Below, in pieces: positions 41,701 to 50,408 of a stretch of DNA of 64,000 bases. How positions within the stretch are numbered: the stretch's first letter is position 1; each line of letters begins with the position of its first letter. The notes under the pieces were generated by a model, which was given only the letters and a program-made list of their open reading frames with translations, was not told where the DNA came from and did no database searches. Position numbers and translations under genes: made by a program. The stretch comes from an uncultured Gammaproteobacteria bacterium (GTDB taxonomy: Bacteria; Patescibacteriota; Microgenomatia; Levybacterales; GWA1-39-11). The stretch spans positions 50,425 to 114,424 of the forward strand of contig CAYRUR010000001.1 in the NCBI GenBank assembly GCA_964427615.1, read 5' to 3'.

Positions 41701-42129
41701 TGTAGCTATATCATATTGGGGTGTTTGCATGCCCTTTATTATGTTTAGCTGTTGTTCCAGTATCTGTATTTGAAGCTCCGTCATATACGCCTCACATTCT
41801 TCTTTTTGTCTTTCCCAGTCTGATTTTTTGATAGTTACAGGCGGGTCATATCTTTCAAAATTAACTAAATCAACTTCAGGTGGTTCGTATATCGGTAGCT
41901 CTGGCATTTTGATAGTCTGCAAAATGTCTAAAGCAGGAAACTTGTAAGCTGTGATCGTCTTCAAAACTTCTGCCATGTTTGAGTTTGCTATCTCGGCTAA
42001 AGTAGTCCCTAGTTTGGTAAATTGCTCATGATTTGCTTCTACAATCGGTTTTAATGCTTCTGCTCGTTCTTCAACAGACATCTTATCCAAATCGTAGAGA
42101 GTTACTTTTTTATCAGATAATTTCGGCAT
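41653..42129 (-). CDS. Hypothetical protein, probably 3'-truncated by fusion to the recombinase remnant
   Basis: 158-aa ORF whose last codons overlap the recombinase relic. Confidence 0.5.
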   Translation of the reverse strand: MPKLSDKKVTLYDLDKMSVEERAEALKPIVEANHEQFTKLGTTLAEIANSNMAEVLKTITAYKFPALDILQTIKMPELPIYEPPEVDLVNFERYDPPVTIKKSDWERQKEECEAYMTELQIQILEQQLNIIKGMQTPQYDIATGVLLKATMTDLSVVL

Positions 42130-42155
42130 ATGTCATTACATCTTCAAAAAACGGT

Positions 42156-43154
42156 CTATAAAAACCGTTCAGTTATGGGCAATAAATGTTTTCGTATTGG
42201 CACTGGAAACATGTGTAAAAACTTATTCCACTTTTCAACTTTGTTTTCTGGAAACTCTGCAAACATCGGGTCTTTTTGAAGCATTTTCTGTTCATATGGT
42301 AATAAGCGACACAGTCTAAATGGTATTTTGCCTTGAGCTATTTCTTCTTTCGTCCAATTATCTTTTACTCCAATTGCCCCAGTACCCTTACGCACCATTA
42401 CAATCACTTTCTCATCGGGGTCTTTACTAAAATCAGGGTGTACATCAATGACTTCAGCCTTGTCGTAGGTCGCTTTGTATATTTTTACCAATCGTGTCAT
42501 TACTTCAAAGTATGCAAGGGTCTTATTTACAAGCTTCATTACATCGTCTGTTTTATACACCTTAGTAGGACTAGGAATACGTACCTCATCATCATATAAA
42601 CAGTAATCAGAGTGAAAAACTGCGTTTCTCAAGTCTTTATCAAAAATACTTACTAATGGCTCAATGTTTTTTTCCAAACCTTGGATTTTTGCCATTTCCT
42701 TTATTTTGTTTAACTTTTCAGAAGCGAACATTGGTCTAGTCTTGCCACTTTTCCCGAGCTTTATATCTGGAAAGCAAAACGCAGAGTATCTGTTGCCCGA
42801 AATAACCCTCAGTAAATTACACAGCAAGTCGTATGGATAAGCGGCTTCTAATATTAAGCCGTAGAGGACAAGGAATAAATGCAACTGCTCGGTGTTGTAG
42901 CAAACTTTGTACTTCAGCTTATTAAAGGTTTCAAAAATATCTTGAGTTGTTTCAAATGCGTCCCAACCCGCATCATGCATTCCCTTTATATTTATTAGTG
43001 TGCAAATAAACTCAAAATCGGATTGTTCCTGTGCCTTGGCAAAGAGCGGGTCTAAAGCATTGAAGTAATCAACCAAAGCTTGTGCGTATGTGGGGTTAGT
43101 GTCCTTTGGAACATTGTGTGCTATCCATAATCCATTTTCGTCTCGTTTTATCAT
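42156..43154 (-). CDS. Putative HEPN-domain protein
   Basis: DLRNAVFHSDY matches the RxxxxH motif; all-helical composition. Confidence 0.6.
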   Translation of the reverse strand: MIKRDENGLWIAHNVPKDTNPTYAQALVDYFNALDPLFAKAQEQSDFEFICTLINIKGMHDAGWDAFETTQDIFETFNKLKYKVCYNTEQLHLFLVLYGLILEAAYPYDLLCNLLRVISGNRYSAFCFPDIKLGKSGKTRPMFASEKLNKIKEMAKIQGLEKNIEPLVSIFDKDLRNAVFHSDYCLYDDEVRIPSPTKVYKTDDVMKLVNKTLAYFEVMTRLVKIYKATYDKAEVIDVHPDFSKDPDEKVIVMVRKGTGAIGVKDNWTKEEIAQGKIPFRLCRLLPYEQKMLQKDPMFAEFPENKVEKWNKFLHMFPVPIRKHLLPITERFL

Positions 43155-43157
43155 AGG

Positions 43158-43901
43158 TCATATAGTAGTTTTTATTTCTGCTTGGTCTAATAGGTTCATA
43201 GCAAGGCTACTTAAAGATAGGTATTCGTAGGCTCTTTGAGGGTCATCTATCTTTGCGTCAGAAGTGTGGCTTTTTTCGTTTCTGAACATATCAATAGCCA
43301 TTGTTAAAAACTTTACTCCTTCATTGAAGTCATGGTCTACATTACTGGCAACAGCACCTTTAATATGTAACTTAGTGTTTCCAAAAGCCTTAGAGCCTGT
43401 TTCATATCCCGTCAAATCTCTTAATCTATCTCTAACAATCTTAAATCCTTTTTCTACAGCCTCTGGGTATTCTGCTTTTTCAAATAAGCTCTGGCATTTT
43501 GCAAAAATCTCTGGGTGTAAAACAGAAAGGTCGTGTTTTAATTGCGAAACAATTTTTTTAGGAGTTTTACCCATAAACTCTTGATACTCTGGCTCATTTT
43601 GTATTTTCAGAAAGTAATCATCAAAAGCAGGTAACAACTCAATATGATAAGAACCATCGTCTGGCTCGTTCAATCCATACATAGCTCCAGCTTCTCTTAT
43701 GCGATTTCCTACTTTAAGAGTGATAATCACTTTTTCTTCCTGCTCTAGCTTTGCAAATAGTAGGCTAAGTTCATCGCCTTTATATTTATTATTGAGGTTC
43801 CGTGTGGCGTGTATTTTCAAAGATTGTCCCGATGGTGTAATTTCTCTTACATCCTCAAGCCTATTTAGTAAAAAATAAAGTTTCTGCTTGCCGTTCATCA
43901 T
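43158..43901 (-). CDS. TIGR02391-family protein (HEPN-like)
   Basis: LHPEI...YPEAVEKGFKIVRDRLR...FRNEKSH. Confidence 0.8.
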   Translation of the reverse strand: MMNGKQKLYFLLNRLEDVREITPSGQSLKIHATRNLNNKYKGDELSLLFAKLEQEEKVIITLKVGNRIREAGAMYGLNEPDDGSYHIELLPAFDDYFLKIQNEPEYQEFMGKTPKKIVSQLKHDLSVLHPEIFAKCQSLFEKAEYPEAVEKGFKIVRDRLRDLTGYETGSKAFGNTKLHIKGAVASNVDHDFNEGVKFLTMAIDMFRNEKSHTSDAKIDDPQRAYEYLSLSSLAMNLLDQAEIKTTI

Positions 43902-43968
43902 ATAGTCATTACATTTTCGTAAAATGAGCAAGCTCTATTTTATCATTGTTTAGCAATAAGTAGGAGTA

Positions 43969-44078
43969 TTAAGTGTAAGCGGATTGGATTTCAAAAGTTT
44001 CAAAGACCGTTTTTATGTTCTGTAAGCTAAACCCGAACTCTATTTCTCGGTTACGGAACACATCAGCTAGTGGAGCCA
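43969..44078 (-). repeat. att-like site with recombinase tail relic
   Basis: GGAGCCA core at 44072-78; with a 1-nt shift the minus strand reads LADVFRNREIEFGFSLQNIKTVFETFEIQSAYT*. Confidence 0.7.
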
Positions 44079-44118
44079 AATAGAACAAACTACATTTTAT
44101 TCATGATATACTTTAGGT

Positions 44119-44427
44119 ATGTCTAAAAACCCTATTATTAATGCTTTGAGTGCTTCAGGGTATATCATCCTCGTTGTTTCTGTTATCACCTTTATATCTC
44201 AAACCCAGAAGAACAAGCCTGATACTTTTTTGGCTCCAATTATATTTTTATCACTACTTACTCTTTCTGTTACCGTAATGGCATGTCTGTTTTTTTATCA
44301 ACCTTTGCAGCTGTTTATATCGGAAAAGAAAAAAGAGGCAGTAGATTTATTTGTTAAGACAGTGGCTATATTTGCAGGATTGACACTTATTGCTTTAGCT
44401 TTACTTCTTACAGGGGTTATCAAGTAA
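44119..44427 (+). CDS. Small 3-TM membrane protein (single gene between two att-like sites)
   Basis: 102 aa, three hydrophobic segments; TATACT 6 nt before the ATG. Confidence 0.75.
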   Translation: MSKNPIINALSASGYIILVVSVITFISQTQKNKPDTFLAPIIFLSLLTLSVTVMACLFFYQPLQLFISEKKKEAVDLFVKTVAIFAGLTLIALALLLTGVIK

Positions 44428-44429
44428 TA

Positions 44430-44468
44430 CTAGAAAATAAATTCGAACATTGACTAGCCCTCGAGCCA
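44430..44468 (-). repeat. Distal att-like site
   Basis: TTCGAACATTGACTAGCCCTCGAGCCA resembles the tRNA 3' end TTCGAATCCTAGCCGCGGAGC(CA); shifted minus frame reads LVNVRIYFL. Confidence 0.6.
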
Positions 44469-44590
44469 ATTCATTCTTAATGAGAGATTGCATTCCTATT
44501 GATAAGTTTATTCTGACAATCTTTCCTCATTTCTTTTAAAAAACGTCTTGACTTAAAGAAATACATACACAATTCTAGATCTTCTGTAGT

Positions 44591-44629
44591 AATGAACTCC
44601 CCCGCGGCAAGCTGACGGGGTAGTTCATT
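44591..44629. repeat. GC-rich palindrome resembling an IS200/IS605-type terminal hairpin
   Basis: AATGAACTCCCCCG-CGGCAAGCTG-ACGGGGTAGTTCATT. Confidence 0.5.
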
Positions 44630-44691
44630 CTTTTTAAAAAATCAACTAAAATCCTTACAAAAAAATTACTGTGGGTTGATACAATCACGAC

Positions 44692-45342
44692 ATGAAAAGC
44701 TGGATCATTTTGGCTATTTTTTCAATTATCCTTTTACTTTTCGATCCATCGTTAGCGATAGCTCAATCCAATGCAGAAAGCAGCAACCATACTGCTCGTG
44801 AAGAAATGGAAGGAAAAGGTATATGGGAAAAACTACAGTCAAAACAACTAGAATGCAAGAACTTAACCGAGCATAATTTTGAAATATTAGGAGAATACTT
44901 TATGGGTCAATCTATTGACAATACTCAAAGACATGAAGCTATGAACAAAATGATGACCAGTATGATGGGAGAAGAAGGCGAAAGACAGATGCATGTTACT
45001 CTGGGCGAAAGGTATAGTAGCTGCGATACTGCTGCTACATATCCTCAAAATGGGTGGGGTTTTATGCCAATGATGTGGATGAGAGAAGGAGGTGGAAATT
45101 CAATGATGGGTTATGATGGTTGGGATCACATGATGGGCTGGAGTTTTGGCATTTTAGGATGGTTTTCTATGTTGATTTTTTGGATACTTCTTATTCTAGG
45201 AGTTATTGCTCTAATTAGATATCTAACCAGATCAGAGTCAAGTAGAGAAAGCACCTCATCTCTTAACATTCTCAAAGAACGATATGCTCGAGGAGAAATT
45301 AATAAAAAAGAATTTGAAGAAAAAAAGAAAGATCTACTTTAG
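44692..45342 (+). CDS. Secreted/membrane Met-rich protein with C-terminal SHOCT domain
   Basis: Signal peptide; Met/His-rich region; TM helix; ILKERYARGEINKKEFEE. Confidence 0.8.
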   Translation: MKSWIILAIFSIILLLFDPSLAIAQSNAESSNHTAREEMEGKGIWEKLQSKQLECKNLTEHNFEILGEYFMGQSIDNTQRHEAMNKMMTSMMGEEGERQMHVTLGERYSSCDTAATYPQNGWGFMPMMWMREGGGNSMMGYDGWDHMMGWSFGILGWFSMLIFWILLILGVIALIRYLTRSESSRESTSSLNILKERYARGEINKKEFEEKKKDLL

Positions 45343-45607
45343 TAATTTTATTTACTTTTTGATGAGTTTTAGACATTCTAATTAAGTATCCTTGAATAAA
45401 GACTGCTTCTTTACAAAACTATAAAAACGATATTTACTCTTTAATTGAAAAAGGCACATAAATAACTGTTTCGGTAAGATGTAACAATCACACCCAATAA
45501 TTCTCCTTTTAAGACAAAATTTCCTTACTTTTTTATTTCACGAGTTATACATGATGTTTAAGAGCACGACGTATAAACGGTGCCATAAAAAGGGAGGTGA
45601 TAAACAC

Positions 45608-45895
45608 ATGCGTATTTTAAGTATAAAAAAGGTCATTCTCTCCGTTGCAGTAGCGGTAGTAGCACTTAGTTCTTTGTTTATGACACCATCAGCGTTTGCT
45701 GGTTACGACTATGGAAATAACTGGAATTGGAATCGCTACGATAACTATAACCACTACGGACGCGATAGAGATGATTGCTACAGAAATAACCGATATGACT
45801 ATTACCGCAATAGAGATCGGTTCTCCAGAGTTTACTATAAAGCCGTTTACAGTTCCTTTTATGGAAATAACGGCTACGGGTACTGGGGGTACTGA
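45608..45895 (+). CDS. Small secreted Tyr/Asn/Arg-rich protein
   Basis: GGAGGTGA Shine-Dalgarno; signal peptide ending AFA; YDN/YRN repeats. Confidence 0.65.
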   Translation: MRILSIKKVILSVAVAVVALSSLFMTPSAFAGYDYGNNWNWNRYDNYNHYGRDRDDCYRNNRYDYYRNRDRFSRVYYKAVYSSFYGNNGYGYWGY

Positions 45896-45978
45896 TAGTA
45901 GCAAATTCCAGCCGACAGCTTAAAAACTGTTGAACCAAAGAGTAACGTACCATTCTATTTCTAGAAAACGTTTCTCGC

Positions 45979-46010
45979 AATTTAGAGGGGCTTTACTGTC
46001 CCTCTAAATT
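45979..46010. terminator. Inverted repeat, likely terminator
   Basis: AATTTAGAGGG-10 nt-CCCTCTAAATT. Confidence 0.55.
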
Positions 46011-46079
46011 ATGGGGAATACATATAACTCAAGTAATTGTTCTTAAAAACCCTCAAGAAGTAGAGTAATTTTTAGAAAA

Positions 46080-46430
46080 TGTTACATAAAATAGTTTTTC
46101 ATTATTTAATGTAACGAAGCGATTACGTATAAATCTTTTCCTTACTAATAATTAATATCTCTTTTTTAGAAGAAATTGCTTTCATCATATATATTTATAT
46201 TAGTAGTAATAGTAGAGGGTGTTAATATGTGTATAAACGGTGAAGAAAAGGTTCAAAAAATATGTGGATAACTCCGGCATAACTTTGGGGAAATAATGTT
46301 AATAAAAATGAACCTCTTTTTATTATGTTAATATCTGGCTCGTATTCTACAAAAACAAACATCTTTTACACATTTGCCAATTGCCCTGATCCCCAACATA
46401 TCCACATGAGTTATCCCCATTTTGGGATAC
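46080..46430 (-). other. oriC: Chromosomal replication origin oriC
   Basis: Minus strand: TTATACACA (46228-36), degenerate box, CCCT, CTACTATTACTACTA DnaA-trios (46201-15), then AT tract. Further boxes TGTGGATAA 46263-71, ATATCCACA 46398-406, TTATCCCCA 46411-19. C-to-G skew switch seen by eye. Confidence 0.82.
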
Positions 46431-46507
46431 CTTTAAAAAGGTACTTTCTAAACTAATTCCTATCTGTTTCTCATAAAAATCTTATGCTTTTGCAGTATAC
46501 AAAAGGT

Positions 46508-47743
46508 ATGAAAGAAAGTAGTGAAGGTAGAAGTCCTCTGGGTATGCAAACGCGATTGACTAGAAGGCAATTGTTGGTAGGCGCGGGAGCATCACTTCTT
46601 ACATCTTGTATAAAAGCACCTGAAAAGAAACCGAATGAAACACTACTCTCCAGGGCTCCTTCTACAGGAGATTCTTTTGTAACAGAACAAGCTTCCTTTT
46701 CACCGTCCCTAAATCTTTTAGAATGTGATCCTGTACATATGAGAGAAGCAAGAGAAGCCTTTATTGTTGGTTATGAGAACTGGAAAAGACAATTTTTATC
46801 ATCAGCAGGCAAAGAACAGCTGAGGGTGATTTCTAATGAAGAAGAAGGAACCTTCTCAGAGTTTATGGGACACGGCATGCTTTTTTCAGCTTACAGGGAT
46901 GATAAACCTACTTTTGAAGGACTTTGGAAGTATGCGCAGCAGCACACAAATACTGATGGACTGATGAGTTGGAACGTTGATGCTTTAGGTAGCCCTAACA
47001 GTAACAGTTCTGCAGCAGACGCAGATATTGATATCGCACAGGCTTTATTGGTTGCAGATAAAAGGTGGGGTGGATATAGTGACGAGGCTGGCGAACTTAT
47101 TACTACTATTATGGATCATGATGTAGAACCAGATACTTTTATATTGAAAGGCGGAAATGATTGGGGGGGAAGCAGCGGCACAAATTCTTCCTATTACTCA
47201 CCTCTTTCCTATGAGGAATTTGCAGTACATACAGGAGACACAAGGTGGAAAAATGTCGCACAAAAAAGTTGGGAGGTAATTGATGCAGTTAAGGAAGCAA
47301 GACATACCAGAACAGGTCTTCCTCCAGATTGGACACTTCCCAACGGAGAACCACTTTTATCAGTAGGACCCACAACTCATTATTATGGATATGAAGCAAT
47401 ACGGGTACCCTTACGGCAAGCAGAAGCAGCTCTTGTGTCAAGAGACGACGCTGTACGAGTTCATGCTGTAAAACAAATGATGAAAGTAAACGCTTTCTTT
47501 GAAACTATTGATCCTGACTATATGAAAGACGGATACGATATTCGTACCGGTAAGACAGTGGGAAAATATTATGAGGTTCCTGCATTTATCTCAACAACTG
47601 CAGTTGCCTCACTTGTCTCTTCCAGAGAAGAGTATCGTCAAAGGCTGCATGAGAAGACGATAAGACAGGTAAGTAAGCAGGTCTATAATGAGACTATCCG
47701 ATTGCGTGCTCTACTCCTACTCAGTGGATTGATGAAAGAATAA
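46508..47743 (+). CDS. Glycoside hydrolase family 8 protein with twin-arginine-like/lipoprotein signal
   Basis: SEFMGHGML, LMSW, AADADIDIAQALL, NSSY, LPPDW and YEAIRVP motifs; TRRQLL...LLTSC signal. Confidence 0.8.
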   Translation: MKESSEGRSPLGMQTRLTRRQLLVGAGASLLTSCIKAPEKKPNETLLSRAPSTGDSFVTEQASFSPSLNLLECDPVHMREAREAFIVGYENWKRQFLSSAGKEQLRVISNEEEGTFSEFMGHGMLFSAYRDDKPTFEGLWKYAQQHTNTDGLMSWNVDALGSPNSNSSAADADIDIAQALLVADKRWGGYSDEAGELITTIMDHDVEPDTFILKGGNDWGGSSGTNSSYYSPLSYEEFAVHTGDTRWKNVAQKSWEVIDAVKEARHTRTGLPPDWTLPNGEPLLSVGPTTHYYGYEAIRVPLRQAEAALVSRDDAVRVHAVKQMMKVNAFFETIDPDYMKDGYDIRTGKTVGKYYEVPAFISTTAVASLVSSREEYRQRLHEKTIRQVSKQVYNETIRLRALLLLSGLMKE

Positions 47744-47763
47744 AAAGAGGATACAATAAGAGC

Positions 47764-48420
47764 ATGAAGCCTATGGTTTGTATTTTTGCTCATCCTGATG
47801 ATGAATCTTTTGGTCCCGGTGGTTCAATTGCTTCTTTTGCCAAAGAGCGCGATGTATACCTGATTTGCGTGACGAGTGGAGATGCTCAGGAACAATTTAA
47901 TCATTCAGATATAAGTGATTTAGGAAAGGCAAGAAAACAAGAACTCATACGTGCAGCTTCTATTTTAGGAGTAAAAAAGGTTGATTTTCTAGGGTACCAG
48001 GACGGAACACTTTCCAATAACCTTTATCATGAAATTGCAGAGAAAATACAGCAAAAAATAGAAGAGTATCAACCAGACACACTGCTTACGTTTGAGCCAA
48101 GAGGAGTATCAGGGCATATTGATCATATTGCGGTCTCCATGATAACTACCTATGTGTTTTACAAACTCCCATATCTTAAAAAACTTCTCTATTTTTGCGA
48201 AACCAAAAAAATGGAAAGGGAGATGCGTGAGTACTTTATTTATGTTCCTCCTGGGTATGAATCAAAAGACATTGGTTTGACAATTGATACTACTGAAATG
48301 TGGGAAACAAAAATAACTGCGATGAAAGAACACCAATCCCAGCAAAAAGATGTTGACTGGATGCTACACATTTTGGCTAAATACCCTAAAGAAGAACATT
48401 TTCTGGTGCTGGAGAAGTAA
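47764..48420 (+). CDS. PIG-L/LmbE-family deacetylase
   Basis: AHPDDE, GHIDH and HQSQ motifs. Confidence 0.9.
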   Translation: MKPMVCIFAHPDDESFGPGGSIASFAKERDVYLICVTSGDAQEQFNHSDISDLGKARKQELIRAASILGVKKVDFLGYQDGTLSNNLYHEIAEKIQQKIEEYQPDTLLTFEPRGVSGHIDHIAVSMITTYVFYKLPYLKKLLYFCETKKMEREMREYFIYVPPGYESKDIGLTIDTTEMWETKITAMKEHQSQQKDVDWMLHILAKYPKEEHFLVLEK

Positions 48421-48430
48421 TATAAAAGTT

Positions 48431-49210
48431 TTAGATATTTTGTTCAAGTGTATCTTCTACTGTATATGGTCCTACTCGGGTTCTTTTAATAGAAAGAGCC
48501 AAAGCTCCTACTCCCAATCTTTCCCCTAAGTAATGGCAAAGAGATCTGATATAGGTCCCACTGGAGCAATGTATGTGAAAAGTAATAACAGGAAGTAGTG
48601 TTTCAGGTGGATAGAGAGAAAAAAAAGATTGCCATCTCTCCTTTATTTCTTTTTGCCGAAACTCTCCTTCAACTCGGTCTATTTGAGGAAAAATGCGGTC
48701 TTTGAGTTCTGAAAGGGTAATGGTCTTAGTATCAAGCATTTTAAGATCAAATATCTCTACTACCTTTGTTGGAATTACTATTTCTTTTAGTTTTTTTTTC
48801 CTTGCCCAGTAAAAAAGAGGTTTTCCATTAACTCGCGCTGAAGAGTAGGCAGGATAGGCTTGTTCCTGTTTTCCTTCCAGTAAGGGGAGGAGATAGGAAA
48901 GCTCTTCTTTCCAGTTGGAAGAAGGAGTTTTAATCTGAGGATCATCAAGTATTCCTAATGTATCATGGGTGTCTGTTTGGAGACCAAAAATAGCTTCAAA
49001 TAGATACTCTTTTTCAAGTCGTTCATAGTCTTTGCGTTTTTTATTCTCATCTCCTACAAGCACCAGAAGAACACCCTCAGCCATAGGGTCAAGTCTACCT
49101 GCATAGCCTAACTTTTGCTCCTGATAGGAAGGATTTTCTTTTTGAAATTGTTGAATAAGTTGCAGGGGAGTAATGCTTACTGGCTTATAAAGAGGTAGTA
49201 CTTTTTTCAT
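48431..49210 (-). CDS. truB: tRNA pseudouridine synthase TruB-like
   Basis: GYAGRLDPMAEGVL, PAYSS and CSSGTYIRSL motifs. Confidence 0.85.
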   Translation of the reverse strand: MKKVLPLYKPVSITPLQLIQQFQKENPSYQEQKLGYAGRLDPMAEGVLLVLVGDENKKRKDYERLEKEYLFEAIFGLQTDTHDTLGILDDPQIKTPSSNWKEELSYLLPLLEGKQEQAYPAYSSARVNGKPLFYWARKKKLKEIVIPTKVVEIFDLKMLDTKTITLSELKDRIFPQIDRVEGEFRQKEIKERWQSFFSLYPPETLLPVITFHIHCSSGTYIRSLCHYLGERLGVGALALSIKRTRVGPYTVEDTLEQNI

Positions 49211-49273
49211 AGCTTCTGATTATACAAAAAGAAGAGGGTTTTTTGCCCCCTTCTTCTGTTTTTAAGAATAGTG

Positions 49274-49885
49274 TTATTTATTCTTTAATTCTTCAAAACG
49301 ATTACTGATAGCTTGCCAATTAAGGACTTGCCACCAGGCATCAATATATTCAGGACGCCTGTTTTGATACTTTAGGTAATAGGCATGCTCCCATACATCA
49401 AGACCCATAATGGGTTGTTTACCCTCCATTAAAGGAGAGTCTTGATTGGGAGTGGTGGTAATGGATAATGAACCATTATCAAGTACTAACCATGCCCAAC
49501 CGCTTCCAAATACGGTTGTTGCCGCTTGAGAAAATTTTTCCTTAAAAGACGCAAAATCACCAAAAGTGCTATCTAAAGCGCTAGCAAGTTCTCCTGTTGC
49601 TTCTCCACCTCCATTTGGTTGCATAATCTCCCAAAACATGGAGTGATTTGCATGTCCTCCTCCGTTGTTACGTACGGCGGTTCTGATATTCTCAGGGATT
49701 TGATCCAAGGATGACAGAATCTTTTCAATAGGCATTGCTGCCAGGTCTTCATGTCCTTGGAGAGCAGCATTGAGCTTATCTACATATGCTTGGTGATGTT
49801 TGTCATGGTGAAGATGCATGGTTTGCTCGTCAATATAAGGTTCCAGAGCATTATAAGCGTAGGGTAAATCTGGTACTCTAAACAT
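49274..49885 (-). CDS. sodA: Fe/Mn superoxide dismutase (Mn-type signature)
   Basis: [18 protein letters not shown] and DVWEHAYY motifs; strong SD. Confidence 0.95.
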   Translation of the reverse strand: MFRVPDLPYAYNALEPYIDEQTMHLHHDKHHQAYVDKLNAALQGHEDLAAMPIEKILSSLDQIPENIRTAVRNNGGGHANHSMFWEIMQPNGGGEATGELASALDSTFGDFASFKEKFSQAATTVFGSGWAWLVLDNGSLSITTTPNQDSPLMEGKQPIMGLDVWEHAYYLKYQNRRPEYIDAWWQVLNWQAISNRFEELKNK

Positions 49886-49943
49886 AATATTCACCTCCTT
49901 TCCTTATTAAGTATACATGAATAAGGAGTTTTATTTCACAAGC

Positions 49944-49975
49944 TAAGAAGGTAGATTTTAGTATCTACCTTCTTA
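49944..49975 (-). terminator. Intrinsic terminator-like hairpin after the GlsB-family gene
   Basis: TAAGAAGGTAGAT-6 nt-ATCTACCTTCTTA. Confidence 0.6.
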
Positions 49976-50001
49976 TACTAGTCTCGTTTTACGGACCATC
50001 G

Positions 50002-50262
50002 TTATATTCCTCGTGGTCCCAGAACCATTCTTCCAATCCAGATTAGGAGTATAGCTCCCAGCGTGGCTACAAGAATGCTGTAGAGATTAAATCCGGTTAC
50101 CCCAGGAGCGCCAAAAAGATTGGCTACAAAACCTCCTACAACTGCTCCCACGATACCAAAAAGAATATCCATGAGAGCTCCTTGAGAGCTATTTGTTTTC
50201 ATAACTACTGAGGCTAGCCATCCAGCTATAAGTCCTAGTAGTATCCATAATAGAAAATTCAT
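50002..50262 (-). CDS. GlsB/YeaQ/YmgE-family stress membrane protein
   Basis: WILLGLIAGWLA...DILFGIVGAVVGG; GGAGGTGA SD. Confidence 0.9.
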   Translation of the reverse strand: MNFLLWILLGLIAGWLASVVMKTNSSQGALMDILFGIVGAVVGGFVANLFGAPGVTGFNLYSILVATLGAILLIWIGRMVLGPRGI

Positions 50263-50321
50263 ATGTTCACCTCCTTTCAGCAATTTATTCTGACATGATT
50301 ATCTTAGGTTGAATTGTTGAA

Positions 50322-50354
50322 AGTGTAATAATAACAACGTAAGAAAGGAGTAAG
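50322..50354 (-). promoter_or_regulatory. CTTAC-N6-CTTAC direct repeat plus -10 TACACT
   Basis: Minus strand CTTACTCCTTTCTTACG-N10-TACACTTTCA; same layout at 52183-52215. Confidence 0.65.
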
Positions 50355-50408
50355 AGATACAGAACAGAACACACTTTATTGATTTTAGCGGTTATAATAG
50401 GAGCCAAC

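Larger units (their letters stand above)
28447..44468. mobile_element. Tandem array of serine-recombinase integrative elements/cassettes at the tRNA-Asn 3' end
   Basis: Three recombinase genes or remnants; repeated GGAGCCA-core att-like sites at 28447, 34692, 35505, 41399, 44072 and 44462; accessory cargo. Confidence 0.8.
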
